In this document: positions 63,298 through 64,000 of the stretch, in pieces
Numbering within the stretch: position 1 is the first letter of the stretch
Layout: the number at the start of each line of letters is the position of its first letter
Source of the DNA: Felis catus
Lineage: Eukaryota
Assembly (NCBI RefSeq): GCF_018350175.1
Contig: NC_058368.1
Coordinates: forward strand, 190,838,001 to 190,902,000
Reading direction: 5' to 3'
DNA: 64,000 nt
Program-made: the position numbers and the translations under genes
The notes under the pieces: generated by a model
What the model saw: the letters and a program-made list of their open reading frames with translations, nothing else
Database searches by the model: none
Told to the model about the DNA's origin: nothing

Positions 63298-64000
63298 AAA
63301 TGAATTTAAATTTAGAAAGAACCAGATCACATCCAGAAAGAGGGTACTTCCCTATAGAAGCCAACTTCTTTTCCAAAAGCCCTCAGTTCCTCAGCCTGGC
63401 TTCAAAGCACTCACTGCATGTAACTTACAGGTAATTCCCTGGTAGGAGCTGATTACTTCAGAAAATGTGCATGTGCCTCCCTCTATGACCATCATACTTT
63501 CTGGATTTCTTAAGCGATATGAACCCAGGAGACTCCAGACCTAGCAGCATTACAGACCTCCACTTCACCTGCCATGTCCATACTTCTCTGAAAGGCTTTT
63601 TCCACATCTTGGACCCCTGGAGCATCTCTCTCCTTATAGCAAGCTGAGTCAAGGTGTCATTACTAACAATAGCTGTTGGAGTCACTCCTGTTTTCTGCAG
63701 CTGCTTTCAGTCCCCATTAAATGGATGTCTAGTGTCACTTGATATCAACCCATGAAAGGACTGATTTCAATCAAGAAACCAGGCACATTTGTGAATTATC
63801 CTGGGGTTGTAGCAAGGACTAAACGGCATACCACACATAAGTTACTCTTTAGTACCCTGGAAAATAGTAAATACATATTATCTATTGGATTTTATGTTTT
63901 TACCATGGTGATAATCACCCAGAATCAGCAAGGTAGGAGTTATTTCACTTATATTGATTTTCCAAAGTACTGAAATTCCCACTTCTAGATTAATTTCATC

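Larger units (their letters stand above)
1..64000 (-). other. SGCD: SGCD intronic sequence on both sides of the single exon
   Basis: Neither neighbouring SGCD exon (the TM-encoding exon or the GNALYFKSARNVTVN... exon) was found. This fits the known very long SGCD introns. Confidence 0.8.

Noticed and set aside
1..64000. CRISPR arrays, operons or prokaryote-type systems
   Set aside because: Mammalian intronic DNA; no regularly spaced repeat-spacer arrays or gene-dense coding regions.

Overview
Eukaryotic (felid, most likely cat) genomic DNA, judged from abundant tRNA-derived carnivore Can-SINEs including young SINEC_Fc-type copies and cat-type L1 3' ends. The window lies inside the delta-sarcoglycan gene (SGCD, minus strand). 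It holds one 102-bp phase-0 coding exon (25591-25692, [34 protein letters not shown]). Everything else is intron: SINEs, L1/L2/MIR fragments, MaLR/ERVL LTRs, hAT MITEs and microsatellites. The other ORFs in the track appear to be spurious or repeat-derived. I found no convincing undescribed gene system. The most notable unexplained structures are a ~280-bp degenerate palindrome rich in TF motifs (12323-12602), an old diverged local duplication (44.6 kb/46.0 kb), two microsatellites flanked by their own target-site-like duplications (possible tail-only retrotranspositions), a young antisense SINE 85 bp from the SGCD splice acceptor, a twin-primed L1 and a twice-used SINE target site. Repeat subfamily names are recalled by eye and old-repeat boundaries are approximate.
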